A DNA stretch of 64,000 nt, from positions 12,400,001 through 12,464,000 of the forward strand of contig NC_058368.1 of NCBI RefSeq assembly GCF_018350175.1. The letters run 5' to 3'. The notes under the pieces were generated by a model. The model searched no databases. It was not told where the DNA came from and worked only from the letters and a program-made list of their open reading frames with translations. Source of the DNA: Felis catus (taxonomy: Eukaryota). Numbering within the stretch: position 1 is the first letter of the stretch; every line of letters starts with the position of its first letter. The position numbers and the translations under genes are program-made. Of this stretch, positions 49,945-63,031 are shown piece after piece.

Positions 49945-50120
49945 AACTGACATTTTAAGCACTTACTCTGTGCCATCCCCATTCTTTTACATATTTTATT
50001 CAAACACACAACAACATGATTATTAGCCCCATTTTACAGATGAGAAAACTGAGATATCTGGCCTAAAGTCACATGGCCAGGAGATGGTAGCCCACAAAAA
50101 CCGGGGCTCTCCCACTATCT
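49945..50120 (-). mobile_element. MIR
   Basis: CCCATTTTACAGATGAGAAAACTGAG. Confidence 0.8.
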
Positions 50121-51329
50121 AGACCTCACGATGAGTAGGCATCAGTTCTCGTTACTTATCCTCCTCTCCAGCCAAGCCGAAGCCATCTCTTTCCAGAGGC
50201 TTTCTACAAGCACCTCTTATTGATAGGAATTTATTTATTTTTCCTCTATCTTTTCAGCATTTATAAACCCAGTTTTCTAGGACATTAATTTGCTACCTTG
50301 GTAATTTTTTAAGTATCATCAAAGACATGTATTTTGCACATCATGTTTAGCTTTTGTTGAATTATAAAGAAGAGACTGTGATATTTCTCTTGCTCGCTCT
50401 CTCTCTTTTTTCTTCTGCTATGTCTGACCTGTTCATGAAAGAATGTTCTGAATTAAAGTGGGTGTTCAACGGACATTATCAACTCACCACTCATTAATCA
50501 CAGTGGTGGGATTAGCATGTGTGCAATCGCCTAACAAACACTATATCTCACTTCAAAATCGATTTCATTTAGTTTTACATTACTACTCACTATTGCATCT
50601 AGTATCTTCACTTACAGAACTTTTCGAATCTAAGGATGGCAATCAACAAGATTGGCTTATATCTCCTCATTATGTACACAACATGCAAATAAACAGCCCA
50701 AAGTTTTAGCAACATGAAACTTCAGAACAACGCAGTTGGCAAGATCTTGACCTACAGGTGAAAGGAGCCCAACATGTGTTGTTTACGCTGTTCTCCACAT
50801 AGTTTGGCTGAGTAGTTAAACCGCCAGGAGTGCATTCAAAAATGTATCGCATATTTTCCTTTCCTAACAAATGAACCAGAAAATATATTTTGCAACTTGG
50901 AAAGGCATGTTTTCTCCAAATACAACTTGGAAACTTACATCTGCACATAAAAATGTTGAACATCTTAAAATATGAACAAATGCTAAGGTTTTAGGAATGA
51001 TCTAACAGCTGTTGCACACACAGATGTGACGTAAAAGCTGCAGAAACATTATTCAGCTATCCAGAAATAGGATCCAAAAGCCTTCTCTTTTGGAACAGAA
51101 GAATTCATTTATTTTCCTCTTTTTAAACAAGACCTTTCAGAAGTTAAAAAGAAGAGACTGCTGTATTTAAAAGCTAAACCAATACATGCTATGATAATGT
51201 AATAGAGTTCACACTTCTACTAATTTGAACTAATATTCCATTTTTGAAAGATATACAAAGCCCTGCAGATATTAAATTAGTTAAAACTTCCAGGCCATTA
51301 TGAACAAGCAGTAGTATGATTTTCTTATG

Positions 51330-51332
<3 letters not shown>

Positions 51333-51376
<44 letters not shown>
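51333..51376. repeat. (CA)22 microsatellite
   Basis: Perfect 44-bp CA run. Confidence 0.98.
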
Positions 51377-51379
<3 letters not shown>

Positions 51380-51569
51380 CTTTTTCTTTTTTTAAGAAAC
51401 TTGGAGATAGAAATATAGGCAAGAACTGAAACAGAATAAGAGAATAAATTTGAAGTCCTGATATTTTTTCTTCTGGCCAGAAAATGGGTACCACCACGGA
51501 GGGTACCACAGAATATAATGAGAAAAGGGCCCCTCGCCTCCAGCGTGTGCAATGCTGTGTTAATGGCAC

Positions 51570-51990
51570 CTACTCACTTTGTCCCTCGCTGATTCTCTCA
51601 GCTGCAACCACACCAACTGCCTTCTAATCCCTGGCCTGACTCAATGCTTTCCTGATTCTGAACCTTCACAAATGCTGTTCCCATTGCTTTAAATGTCTTT
51701 TCTAATACTTCCTTCTAAGGAACTTCTACTATTCTAGAACTTAGCTCCAATGCTATTTATTCTTCAATGAAGCCTTCTCCAACCTTTCTGATGCTATCAA
51801 TCCCCTTTCTACACTTCCACAGCACCCTTTCTTCTCCTACATAGCACTTTTCACACTGTAATTAAATAATTAAATGTGCGAAGGTCAATCCACAGCCCTG
51901 GACTGCAAGTTTTATGAGATCTTTTCCTTTTCAGCTATAGCCACAAACCCGGCAAAGCATCTTGCCCAAAAGAGCACTCAACATATTAAT
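51570..51990 (+). mobile_element. L2 fragment
   Basis: CCTTCACAAATGCTGTTCCC...GAAGCCTTCTCC...GACTGCAAGTTTTATGAG...GCACTCAACATATT. Confidence 0.7.
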
Positions 51991-53183
51991 GCATATATTT
52001 ACACTTCAAAGCACTATCTCTAACCTCCTGCTTTCATATTTTCCTATGCCTTAAACTTGGTTTTCGGGCCTTCAATTAAGTTAATGCCAGGGAAGAATGG
52101 TCTTTGGCAACGCATGTGGCCAGAGCTGTGCCTCACGCTCATGAAGAGAGCACTGGACTCTATAAAATGACTCCCATAAGAAATTCTCCCCTGCTCCTTA
52201 AACCAGTCTGATTTCTATTCCAATGTCATTCCTTTCTGGTCTGGTTTGCACAGTCTCCACTGAGAAAAAAAAATTGCATTCCTCTCGGGAATTTCGTAAG
52301 GCTATTTCCACAGCTGACGATCACTCTGATTTTATGGGGGAGGGAAGTTAAAAAAAAGTGCTATATTTCACAACAGCTGAAATAATTTTCTGCCAAAACC
52401 TGTTTTAAATTCAAAGTATGTTTTTTCTATATGTACAAGGCAGCTACAGGTCTAGAGATATAATGTGACATATGAATTTAGCACTCTCATATGCACAAAC
52501 AGAGCAGATATTTTTATATACTACTAATGATAATAATTACTATTGACTCTAAAGTAAGCAAATCCATATTTGTTTTCAAGTTAAGTGTGTTACTTGAGAA
52601 TATTTGAAAACATTTGCTAAAGGGGTGTGAACAGTGCACATTCTCATCAAAATCCATCTGTCTGAATCTATTAACTGGCATTTCCCCAGCTGGGGCATTC
52701 CTCAAGTCCTGCATAACAGAAGCTCCTTATGCCAAGGGTGAGGGCTGATACCTAACTTAGAAACCGGGTTTATTTCATAGAGAATTAAAAATTCTACACA
52801 GACTTTGAAAATGTGTATCTCTACGAGCCTAGCATATCAAACACAGAACCAAAGGTTGATGTTGAATAAAGAATTAAAGTCTGAAGTTCCAAAATCAAGC
52901 TAGTCCTCAAAACTGTCTTCCTCTTTTTTAAAAAAATCTTCCAGAGCTTGCTCACAAAAACATCTTGAAAGTACTCACAAAAATTATTCAGGGAAGGAGG
53001 TATTTAGTGCTTCATCACCTTTTGTCCCCCCGCTAACCTCACGGCTTTCCATCTTTTACTCAATGTTAATGAAGAGATACTACATGTGTTTTTGTAATTT
53101 GTATGTTTTTGACAGATTAAGATATTTGGATTACCTAATTTAAAAAACCCTCTACTTTTATCATTTAAAAAGGTTGTATGTGT

Positions 53184-53430
53184 GTGGGGGGGCTTGGTTG
53201 AGCATCCGCCATGGGCTCAGGTCATGATCTCATGGTTTGTGGGTTCGAGCCCCACGTCAGGCTCTGTGCTGACAGCTGGGAGCCGAGAGTCTGCTTCGGA
53301 TTCTGTGTCTCCCTCTCTCTCTCCTGCCCCTCCCCAACTTGTGCGCTCACACGCGCTCTTTCTCTCCCTCAAAAATAAATAAACTTAAATAAACTTAAAA
53401 ATAAATAAATTTTAAAAAATCTTTTAAAAC
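53184..53430 (+). mobile_element. SINEC (felid type) with altered 5' end
   Basis: TSD AAAGGTTGTATGTGT at 53169-53183 and 53431-53445. Confidence 0.94.
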
Positions 53431-54838
53431 AAAGGTTGTATGTGTCCTTTGAGTACACTGAAGGTAGTAATAACTATGTGCAGATTGCTCATTACATACT
53501 GATGTCTATCCATACCGAGTCTATCCCTAAAACCCTCCCTTCTGAAAGTGGGTGCTGCTTCTCCAGTCTATGCAGCAAGTCATTCCTCCTGGCCCTGGGT
53601 TTGTTTTCCTGCCTCTATTTTTTTCTTCCTTATAGAGCTAAAGTATACATGGTACACTATATATATATATATATCTTTTAAAAAAAGTAAACTGAAGGGA
53701 TTCTGAACCTGCACGTTAGAAAAGCTTGTCATTAGGCTGCTTGAGTATCATCGACCACTCACCATCCTTTCTGAAAACACCAGGAGCACAACTGTGCTTT
53801 TAGTGCAACCAGCACTAAGGCTGAACTTAACTTTTATCTCTAACCTTCATCCAACCCTAAAATGGCTGACATGCCAGGTCTCAGGACCTGCAGAAAAAAA
53901 TAGGATGAGATCCTTTCCCAGACACTCACTCCACTTGCTGTCGTCAAATAACAGTTCTGCCCATAGCTACCTCCTGATTAGTCCCATAAAGAGGAAATAG
54001 AATGAATAAAGAAAATGAAAAGTAGGATGAAGTCTTGGTATAACCTAGGATTTTGAATCCTTTTTCTTTACAAAACTTTTTTATGTGAGGTACTTTAGAG
54101 AATTTTAATTTTAATCCCCTTCTCTTGCCCATCCCATTATGGGCTGGATTAAACTATCCAAATGTTGCATGCCCGAAGGGCAAGAAAAGAAGGGGGGGGA
54201 ATAAAAACAAAAACATACCCTGCCTCCTGAACTGTCTGACACATAATTTATGAACCTTAGAAATTCACCATCAGATCTCTGAAGCCTAACTTTGTCTCTG
54301 TTATAGACAGCGGAAAAGTCAAGCTGTAAGAACATAATTCATTAATTCATGAAAAGCGCCAAGGAGATTTATCCCCATCCTCCCCTCCTCTAAAAACACA
54401 AGTGCTACATTTCAATGGAGTTAAATATAAGAGCTTCCTTTCACAACAACTGTAAAAATCACAGGATGTATAAAATCATTTTAAATAGGTAAAACAAATA
54501 AACAGGAAATCCCCTGCATCTCCACCTGGCATTACTTTGGCTGTGCCTTACATGCTGCGAGAATCCTGAGACTGATCAAACCAGAGTTGCTGTGAGAACT
54601 TTCTTCACACCCAGTGTACTTTCGTACACTGAAGTTTGACACGGAGGCCATCGAGGTAAGAGGCTAAATTTCAAATGAAATTTCAAATTTGGCCTATTTC
54701 AATAAAGTGATGTAAACCAGACACAATGCCCTATGAACTGAGCTCTTGTTTTCAACTATTGTCTTTGGTTTTCTTCCTGTACTCACACATCTAGGGAAAG
54801 GAAAGGAAACCACATTGAGAGAATCTGCTGTGTGATAA

Positions 54839-55017
54839 ACTGGTATTTTTTAAAGAGGGTCCCAGAGCCCTACAGCCCCACAATCCTCAGGAAAACATCT
54901 TAAAAATGCAGGCTCCTGGACCCTCATCTGTTTAAACTGGGTTTCTAACTGGTGGATCCCAGATTCTGTATATTGAAAAACCCCTCAGACGATTCTTCTG
55001 TACTAAAAGTTAAGAAT
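54839..55017. mobile_element. MER5B-like MITE
   Basis: TTAAAAATGCAGGCTCCTGGACCCTC...CCCAGATTCTGTATATT...GATTCTT. Confidence 0.6.
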
Positions 55018-55306
55018 GAATGGAATGACTTTGTCTCAATGCTTTCGTACAGGTTCTCTTATTTAGCCATTGAAGACTACATCTCACCTCAGTTCCAGGA
55101 GTCTATTAACACCCAAGTGGTGATGTTAATAATTTAATTTGTATGTTTGTTCTCCCTTTACGCAGAAATGACTGTGCTCCTCTTCTGCCATGGATGCACC
55201 ATGAGTGAGCATGTGAGCCTTCAAGGAACACAGCCCTAACCACGAGACTCCACTTAATTCCTAAGCCTCCATAAGCTTTACTTGTATCACATGAAAAATG
55301 AGTGTA

Positions 55307-55524
55307 GGGGAGACTGGGTGGCTCAGTGGACTGAGCATCCGACTCTTGATTTAGGTTCAGGTCATGATCTCACGGTTTGTGAGCTTGAGCCCCCGCATCG
55401 GACTCTGCGCTGACGGTGCAGAATCTCCTTAGGATTCTCCCTTTCCCTCCTCCCTGTCTCTCTGCCCCTCCCCCATTTGCATAAGCACTCTCTCTCTCAA
55501 AATAAACTTAAAAAAAAAAAGAAA
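55307..55524 (+). mobile_element. SINEC inserted into a MIR (~55250-55630)
   Basis: TSD GAAAAATGAGTGTA at 55293-55306 and 55525-55538. Confidence 0.95.
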
Positions 55525-55831
55525 GAAAAATGAGTGTAATACTGACTTGCTAGCCCTGTTTTAAGTTTTAGATACAATAACTTGTGTACCTGGAACACGG
55601 TTAGCACCCAAAAAGTTGTAGGTATTGTCATTTTTCTTGAAAAAAATGGTGCCACCAAGAAATAATTGTATATGTACCCATATTGTGCTTCTATCTTAGA
55701 AGAGCACATTAGACGTGTGATTATAAAGCAGTGCTACCATTTAAAAAATACCTATACGAGCCATGTGTCTGCTATCTTCAGTGAAGGAATTCTCTTGGGA
55801 GATCACGTTTACTTTTAAAAATGCTGGCTGG

Positions 55832-56538
55832 AGTCAGAGTGGCCAAAATGAACAAATCAGGAGACTATAGATGCTGGAGAGGATGTGGACAAACGGGAAC
55901 CCTCTTGCACTGTTGGTGGGAATGCAAATTGGTGCAGCCGCTCTGGAAAGCAGTGTGGAGGTTCCTCAGAAAATTAAAAATAGACCTGCCCTATGACCCA
56001 GCAATAGCACTGCTAGGAATTTATCCAAGGGATACAGGAGTACTGATGCATAGGGCCACTTGTACCCCAATGTTCATAGCAGCACTCTCAACAATAGCCA
56101 AATTATGGAAAGAGCCTAAATGTCCATCAACTGATGAATGGATAAAGAAATTGTGGTTTATATACACAATGGAATATTACGTGGCAATGAGAAAAAATGA
56201 AATATGGCCTTTTGTAGCAACGTGGATGGAACTGGAGAGTGTGATGCTAAGTGAAATAAGCCATACAGAGAAAGACAGATACCATATGGTTTCACTCTTA
56301 TGTGGATCCTGAGAAACTTAACAGGAACCCATGGGGGAGGGGAAGGAAAAAAAAAAAAAAAGAGGTTAGAGTGGGAGAGAGCCAAAGCATAAGAGACTGT
56401 TAAAAACTGAGAACAAACTGAGGGTTGATGGGGGGTGGGAGGGAGGAGAGGGTGGGTGATGGGTATTGAGGAGGGCACCTTTTGGGATGAGCACTGGGTG
56501 TTGTATGGAAACCAATTTGTCAATAAATTTCATAAAAA
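55832..56538 (+). mobile_element. Young 5'-truncated felid L1 with an intact ORF2 C-terminal frame (to TGA at 56312), G-rich 3' UTR and A-tail
   Basis: Translation has the ORF2p C-terminal Cys-rich motifs CWRGCG...[14 protein letters not shown]...WKEPKCPSTDEWIKKLW. Perfect 15-bp TSD AAAAATGCTGGCTGG at 55817-55831 and 56539-56553, at a TTTT/AAAA endonuclease site. Confidence 0.97.
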
Positions 56539-56818
56539 AAAAATGCTGGCTGGCTCGCTTGAAATACTTCAAAACGCTCTTTTGAGTACACGTTAGAAGT
56601 ATGTAGTGATTATTTTGAGGTGCTTTTTATAATCAGTATGCTAGTTTTATGATCAACAGGTATGTTTTATAATCAACATGTTATTTTTATTACTATAAAT
56701 AAATAAATAAATAAAATTGTAAAGGGGGCAAATCTGTCCTTTAAAATAGATGTTTGTGGTGCCAATTTCTTGCACTGTGAGTGCAAGTGAGTGTGGACCT
56801 GCTCTTTAAAATAGTTAG

Positions 56819-57032
56819 GGGGCGCCTGGGTGGCTCAGTCAGTTGGGCGTCCGACTTCAGCTCAGGTCACGATCTCGCGGTCCATGAGTTCGAGCCCTGC
56901 GTCGGGCTCTGGGGCTGATGGCTCAGAGCCTGGAGCCTGCTTCTGATTCTGTGTCTCCCTCTCTCTCTGCCCCTCCCCCATTCATGCTCTGTCTCTCTCT
57001 GTCCCAAAAATAAATAAACGTTAAAAAAAAAA
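56819..57032 (+). mobile_element. Fairly young SINEC (felid type)
   Basis: Flanking repeat TTTAAAATAGTTAG at 56805-56818 and 57033-57046. Many CpGs retained. Confidence 0.96.
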
Positions 57033-57469
57033 TTTAAAATAGTTAGATCTTTCACGGACAATCCTGGTGAGAAGAAGGTGATTGGTTTTCTCTGGGGACC
57101 CAACATTAAAATCTAGCCAAAGAGAAGTGACACTCATTTTCTTCTTATTGTGGTTCATAAGGGGGCAATTCCCCAGGAAAAGCATCAAGCATTACGCTAG
57201 GGAGGCTGGGTTGCCAGCGGCAGTATCACTTGGACACAAATATTTCAGTATATTTTCCAAAATCTGTCTTATTTGGTTTAATCAAGCCTAAAACATCACT
57301 TCTATTTTTCATACACTGCCTCTTTACAGGCTTTCTTGAGTTAATATACTTAGTCTATAGAAATTACTTTTCCTACTACAAGGATTTCTATCCAGAATAA
57401 GCAGTAGCCAGGTATAGAAGTGATAGAGGATGTGCTCTGATATACAGTTCCCTCTAAACTAATATGTAC

Positions 57470-57715
57470 AGAGGTTTGAGGGCTCCTGAGACAGATCACC
57501 TGGTTCTAATCCTTTGCTTCAGAATACTCCTGAGCTTTGTGAAACTGGGCCAAGATTCACATACATTTCACAGTCTAAATGTCTCCATTATAAAATGAAG
57601 ACTTCAATAATATTGACCCTACAATACAGGTCATTAGGGTGACATAAAAATTATGCATGTGAAGTGCTTAGCACGGTCTCGGGCACATGGTAAGACTCAA
57701 TCAAAGCAGCTGCTA
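57470..57715 (+). mobile_element. MIR
   Basis: TGCATGTGAAGTGCTTAGCACGGTCTCGGGCACATGGTAAGACTCAAT. Confidence 0.75.
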
Positions 57716-59099
57716 TCTGTTTTGCCAGGATCTCCTTGGTGGGGAGTAATGGTTTCATCTAAACTGGGAAATTCCTTAATTTTTTTTGAAAGGTTGATGG
57801 AGAAAGGCTGAGAGGAATGGGGTTAAGGGATTTTTCTATGACCATCTCAACAATCTCCCTAATTTAGCTCATAATCCCCTTGAGGTCCTAAGTACAGTGT
57901 TAATATTTCCCACATTCCAAAAGGGGGGCTCTGGTCACAACAAGATTTCTAAGGGTGCCAGTAAATTATCAGTGGAGGTAGAATCAAATTCAGCATTGTT
58001 TCCAGTTGGGTTCTCCAACAGTTCACTGCCTTTCATATGCAGATGATTTGTTATGCAATAATTTAATTCAATGCTTTTCATAAAGAATGCCACAGAAGGG
58101 CTTCTTCATGTGTGTTACTTTGGTGTTGCCCTGGTGACATTTGAAGAGCCCTCGGGCAACCATGGATATCTGAGGATTCCAGAGAGCAACTCCATGTGAA
58201 CAAAAAGGGTGAGTGTTACAATGCAGCTGTTCAATGGAGATTCTCAAGTTATGTATCATGAATTAGAACTTTTCTTCTGGCTTTTTTTTTCTCCTCCTTG
58301 CCTCTAGTCAGTGTGTTGGATAAATAAATTCAGCTTTCCAGGAGAGGCTAAGCTTATGCATCACCAAAGAACTCAACTATTTTTAATGAAATTTTGTAAA
58401 AACCTTTTTCATCGTGAACCTAACGCCGTTCGGCGTATACACTACAGTCAAAGAATCATAAGATTTCTTATAAGAATTGTAAGAAATCCTCCACAGTGGT
58501 AAGTTTCTCAAAGGAAGAATTTTATCTTATTCATTTTTGTGTCCCCACTACCTGGTATGCCATCTTGCCTCAAGTAGGTCATCCATAAATGGATGGTTCT
58601 TTTTAAAGACACTATTTAAAAAAAATAGTCCGAAATCTGAAAAATTGATAAAGAAGTCAGATTAGTTTTCTGTGAAAATTACCGACTACCAAATCTCTGT
58701 AATATACCAGATGTATAGCACACACTCCCCAGAACTGTAAACTTGTAAATCCATGCAACTGCACCACAATCAGGAGTGAAAAAGCCCCAAGGAGCAAGGC
58801 AGGAAAGTGCAAATTCACAGGAGTTTCTGTAGTTTCTGCTAATTTAACGCAAGTCATTGTTAAAAGCCACAGAAGACCTCAAGTTCTTTGCAACATCCAT
58901 GCAAGAAAAGAGGCTCTGGTGGTTATTCTTTAAAGTGGTAGAGCAAGGTAACCTTAAAAAGATAAATACAAAAATAAACAGGGGCTGGTGATTCTTACCT
59001 CAAACACTGATGGAGAAAGGAAAACAGATTCATATGACATAAAGTCCTAGAGCTAGAAAAGAAATTACAGACTATCTGATATAGCACTGGAAGTCATGG

Positions 59100-59510
59100 A
59101 TAAAATCCACAGGCTCATAATCTGGTCCCTGCCCACCTCTCCAGTTTTCTTCAACCGTTCCCCTTCTTGACCCCAGGTCCCATCAATCAATATATAAAAT
59201 TTACTCATGCAACTTCATTCCTCTCTGTTTCTTTGCATGTGCTTGCGTTTTCCCTTACTTAGGATGTAATTTCTCTCCTTTAAGGCCCCACTCAAGGGTC
59301 ATTTGCTCGGCAAAGCCAGGCCAAGTTCATCACTCCATCCTCTAATCTACCTCTACAGCTTGTATATTCTGCTGCTGCCGTTGCATTTGTCTACAAGTCC
59401 TTGAGGGTAAGACTTAGTGTCTTTTTCATCTTTTTATGCTTGGGGCATAGAGCATAGCAGAGTATCTGGAATATGATATTCATTAAATGTTTCTGAATGA
59501 ATGAATGGAT
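59100..59510 (+). mobile_element. L2 3' region
   Basis: TAATCTGGTCCCTGCCCACCTCTCCAG...CTTGAGGG...(TGAA)n tail. Confidence 0.8.
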
Positions 59511-59703
59511 CTAATTAATTCTTCCCATTTGTGTCAAAAAATTGAGGGGCCAGAGGTTATTCTCTCCTTCTTTTTAATTAAGCACTGGCCCCTATGTGAC
59601 TAGCAACTAAGTATTTATGGGTTTTTTTGGGTTTTTTTTGTTTTTTACAACTGAGACATTAACTAAACTTGATATTTCTGGGAGGCCTCTAAAAAATCTT
59701 TCT

Positions 59704-59910
59704 GGGGAGCCTGGGTGGCTCAGTCGGTTAAGCGTCTGAATTTAGTTCAGGTCATGATCTCATGGTTCATGGATTTGAGCCCCACATCAGGCTCTGTGCT
59801 AACAGCTCAGAGTCTGGAGCCTGCTTCAGATTCTGTGCCTCCCTCTCTTTCTGCCACTCCCCCACTCATACTCTGTCTCTCTCTCAAAAATAAATAAACA
59901 TTAAAAAAAA
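59704..59910 (+). mobile_element. SINEC (felid type)
   Basis: Full SINEC body and tail. Confidence 0.94.
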
Positions 59911-60084
59911 TTTTAAGCCACTCTTGGCCTTTATCATCTTTTCTTCTCAACTTTTACATCATAAACCAGATAACTGTTCATGGCAAATCATACTCAAGAT
60001 CATATCAGGACTCCTTCCCAGGCCTAATGCTGCAGAGGACCTGGCCATCTGAAAACCCCTTTTCTTACCACTCTCCCACTCAAT

Positions 60085-60500
60085 CACCATACCCCAAGCC
60101 CCACTGACATTCTGGCCTTTCTTCAAACACATCCGTGCTCTCCTGCTTCAGGAATGATCCATGTCCTATTCTCTCTGCCTAGAACACTCTTTGCCCCAGA
60201 TCTTTGAATGTCTCTGCTCCAATCTCCTCCTCCCCAGAGAGATCTTCTGTGGCCATCAGATCCAAAATAGCACTCTCTTTCATTCTCCAGTTCCTTCTCA
60301 TTATTTGTTTTTCTTCATGATGTGCTATTTGTAACACATATTATATATTTATTCATTACTATCTGTCTCCTTCCACTCAAATGGAAGCTTGGTGAGGGTG
60401 TGGATTTTGTCTTTTGGTCACCACTGAATCCCCAGTAGGTGGGACAGTGTTTGACATGGTAGGGACTTAATAAATATTTGTTGAATAATTTAAGTGAATA
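60085..60500 (+). mobile_element. L2a-like 3' region
   Basis: CTCTGCCTAGAACACTCTTTGCCCCAGATCTT...TAATAAATATTTGTTGAATAA. Confidence 0.85.
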
Positions 60501-61915
60501 AGAACTTGGAGTCACTATGGGAAAAAAATCATATGATTTGGGGGGTTAAAAAATCATTTTTTCCCTCTAGCTCTGTAATTTAAAATAATGGCCCAAAGGG
60601 CGATTAAATAGATGAAAAATTGTTATTTAAATTTCAATTATGCTTTCTCCCATTTTCGTCACCCAATATGTGACGATAGCAGTGTTAGCTTTCTTTAGCT
60701 ATAAAATTTCCATTTGCACCTTGGAAGGAGGCAGGAGGACAGGTCAAGGTTATCTTGCAGGGCGTGGGGCCACCAGAGCACTTAGAAAGGAGCAATTATT
60801 CCTTTAATGTCCTTCAGTCATTGAGGCAGTGAGTCAGGCTGCCGGAACAAACACTCATAAACATATTTCATGGGGAAATCATCGTTCTTGAGGTAAGGAA
60901 CCATTTTTCCCTCAAGAAGTTTGTACTCTAGACTAATTTCAAAAATGGGCATCTTGCTTGCTATTGGATGGCCAAGTATGAATTCACCTATAATCCTATG
61001 AGACACAGCTGGACTCTAATCTCAAATTTATCACCAATAAGATATGTGACCTGGAATGGGTTAACTGAATCTCTCTGAGATTCAATCAACCCTTGTAAAA
61101 TGAATAGCCTGGAAAAGGTAATCTGAAAGTCATCCATATGCTCTAACATTTCATGTGTTTTCCAGGTAAAAGAAAGAAAAGGATGGAATGTTGGCTGTTA
61201 TTTCCTCATAATATTAAAGGGCTTGAATAAATAAATATACTATCTTGATCAATATCAGTTCAGCCTTTTGAAGCTGCTAGGAAGTAATTTCACAAAAGGA
61301 GAAAAGGCATTTTTTTATTTCTTTAACAACTAGGTGTTTTTACTATGTGGGTTAAACAGTGGGAGGTTAAAGATTTTTTTTTTTTTAACATAAGACAGTT
61401 TCTCAATTATAGTACAAAAGAAATCTTCCTGGTTTCTGAAGACTGGAATATTCAGCAGAATGAAGAGAAAGGCAGGTACTTGAAGCCAGATGAGACTATG
61501 CCCTCTCCTAGATGTGCTGGCCTCAGCCAGGTTTCTTCACGTACCCCCTCCTTAAAATGGGAATGATAATCATGACCTCAGCATCTTGCTGTGATGGTTC
61601 GCATGGTGACATGTGGAGAAACACTGAATTAGGGGCCTGACATGCAGCAGGCCCTCAAGCTGCTCCCACACTCTAGCCCCCCTGAGAGCACTGAGGTACG
61701 GAAGGCGAGACCGTCTGGAGGCAGGAGTGGGCATAACCAGAACAGCACTAGCAACAAAATCATGAAGGAGTTGAGCTAGTCCTTGAAAATGGCTAAGATC
61801 TAGGTAGGCAGAAGAGAGAGAAAAGTATGAGACTAGAAGACACTGAATAGCACAAGGCATAGAGCCTGAAAAAAAATCATGAGTTTAGAGCCGTTTCCAG
61901 TCACCGGTGAGAGGA

Positions 61916-62146
61916 CAGTGCTGGGCAGGCAGTAAACAAACAACAAAAATCACCTCGGAAGCTTGCTAAAAATGATAACTACAGACCAATCCTCTCCCCC
62001 ACCCCCTACCACACACACACAAACACACTCATTATACTGCTTCCCCAGGGATGATTTTGATCCAGTGAATCTGGTGAGGAGTCCAGGAGCCTGTATTTTA
62101 AAAGCTTTTCTAGTGGTTCTGATGCTCAGTTAGGCTTGGGAGCCTG
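61916..62146. mobile_element. MER5-family MITE
   Basis: AATCACCTCGGAAGCTTGCTAAAAAT...CCAGGAGCCTGTATTTT...GGTTCTGATGC. Confidence 0.6.
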
Positions 62147-62189
62147 ACTCGCAACTGACCTCTCACAGAGCAGAGCTCACACTGGGCAA

Positions 62190-62380
62190 CAGGAAAGAGA
62201 CCAGAAGACTGAGCATTGGAGTAGGAGCTGGATCCAAATCCTTCTCTGGCCCTCACTGGTCATGAGGCTTTGGGTAGTCACATTATTTTTCTTATTTTCA
62301 TTTGTCTCACTTAAATAATTGAGATCATAGCACCTACCCCGCCTTTCTCAAGGGACTTTTGTGAGAACCTAATGATTTTA
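62190..62380 (+). mobile_element. MIR
   Basis: GAGCATTGGAGTAGGAGCTGGATCCAAATCC...ATAGCACCTACC. Confidence 0.65.
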
Positions 62381-62801
62381 ATCCACTGTTACATTACCTT
62401 AATGGAAAGACATTTAACTGTAAGTCTTACACAAATATTTAGGATAACCATTAATCATCGTCTTTATTACCATGGGGACCCTGGGATGCCAGGATGCCAT
62501 GGTCAGCTCCCACCTAATACCCCCTGTGGTAACCTTGAGGCAACACTGGGTGGAGCTCTGCAAATAGTTCCGTATGGTCACAATGACACCCATCAACACT
62601 TACCCCTTCTTCCTAAGTGCTAGACTGTGACAAGGATGTGGCTCTTGGAGTCTTCAGGATCTCACAAACCTTACAAGTCATGTGAATTGTGCCAGCCTCC
62701 CAAATCTACATAGCTACAAGTAGTAGTTATGTGCCTTGAACAAGTTACTTAACCTCTCCACGCCTTAGTTTCCTCGGGCATCAGCTGGAGGTAGTAGCAC
62801 C

Positions 62802-63031
62802 CAGGGCTACTGTGTACAACTGTGTGGGCTGTGACTTACACAGAGCAACCAGCCAAGGGGTGGGGGTGGGGGGCACACAGGATGAAATTCAGGCCAGGGT
62901 ACACTCACTTAGCTGCCTGCCCTTGGGGCTGCATTTGCTCAGAAGAGGCACCGTTTTCTAATTCGTGAGCCCAGAGAAGAAGCCTTTTTCTAAATCACAG
63001 CAAGCTGCTGTGGGTGCTAACAGTGACCCTG
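62802..63031. mobile_element. MER91A-like hAT-Tip100 element inserted in a MIR (~62720-63140)
   Basis: CAGGG...CCCTG termini. Degenerate 8-bp TSD GTAGCACC/GCAGTACC (6/8). MIR sequence resumes on both sides. Confidence 0.75.

Noticed and set aside
55821..56312. 163-aa ORF as a host gene
   Set aside because: It is the L1 ORF2p C-terminus inside a TSD-flanked insertion.
56430..56463. G-quadruplex-like G-runs
   Set aside because: This is the ordinary G-rich tract of the L1 3' UTR.
5711..59897. Recurrent ORFs with WVAQ/AQVMIS/SLSLS motifs resembling a protein family
   Set aside because: They are translations of SINEC copies.
3572..59910. tRNA-like A/B boxes (GGCTCAGTCGG, GTTCGAGCC)
   Set aside because: They are heads of tRNA-derived SINEs followed by (CT)n and A tails, not tRNA genes.
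29551..60836. Scattered AP-1 heptamers (TGASTCA)
   Set aside because: The count is roughly what a 7-mer gives by chance in this length, so no enrichment claim is possible.
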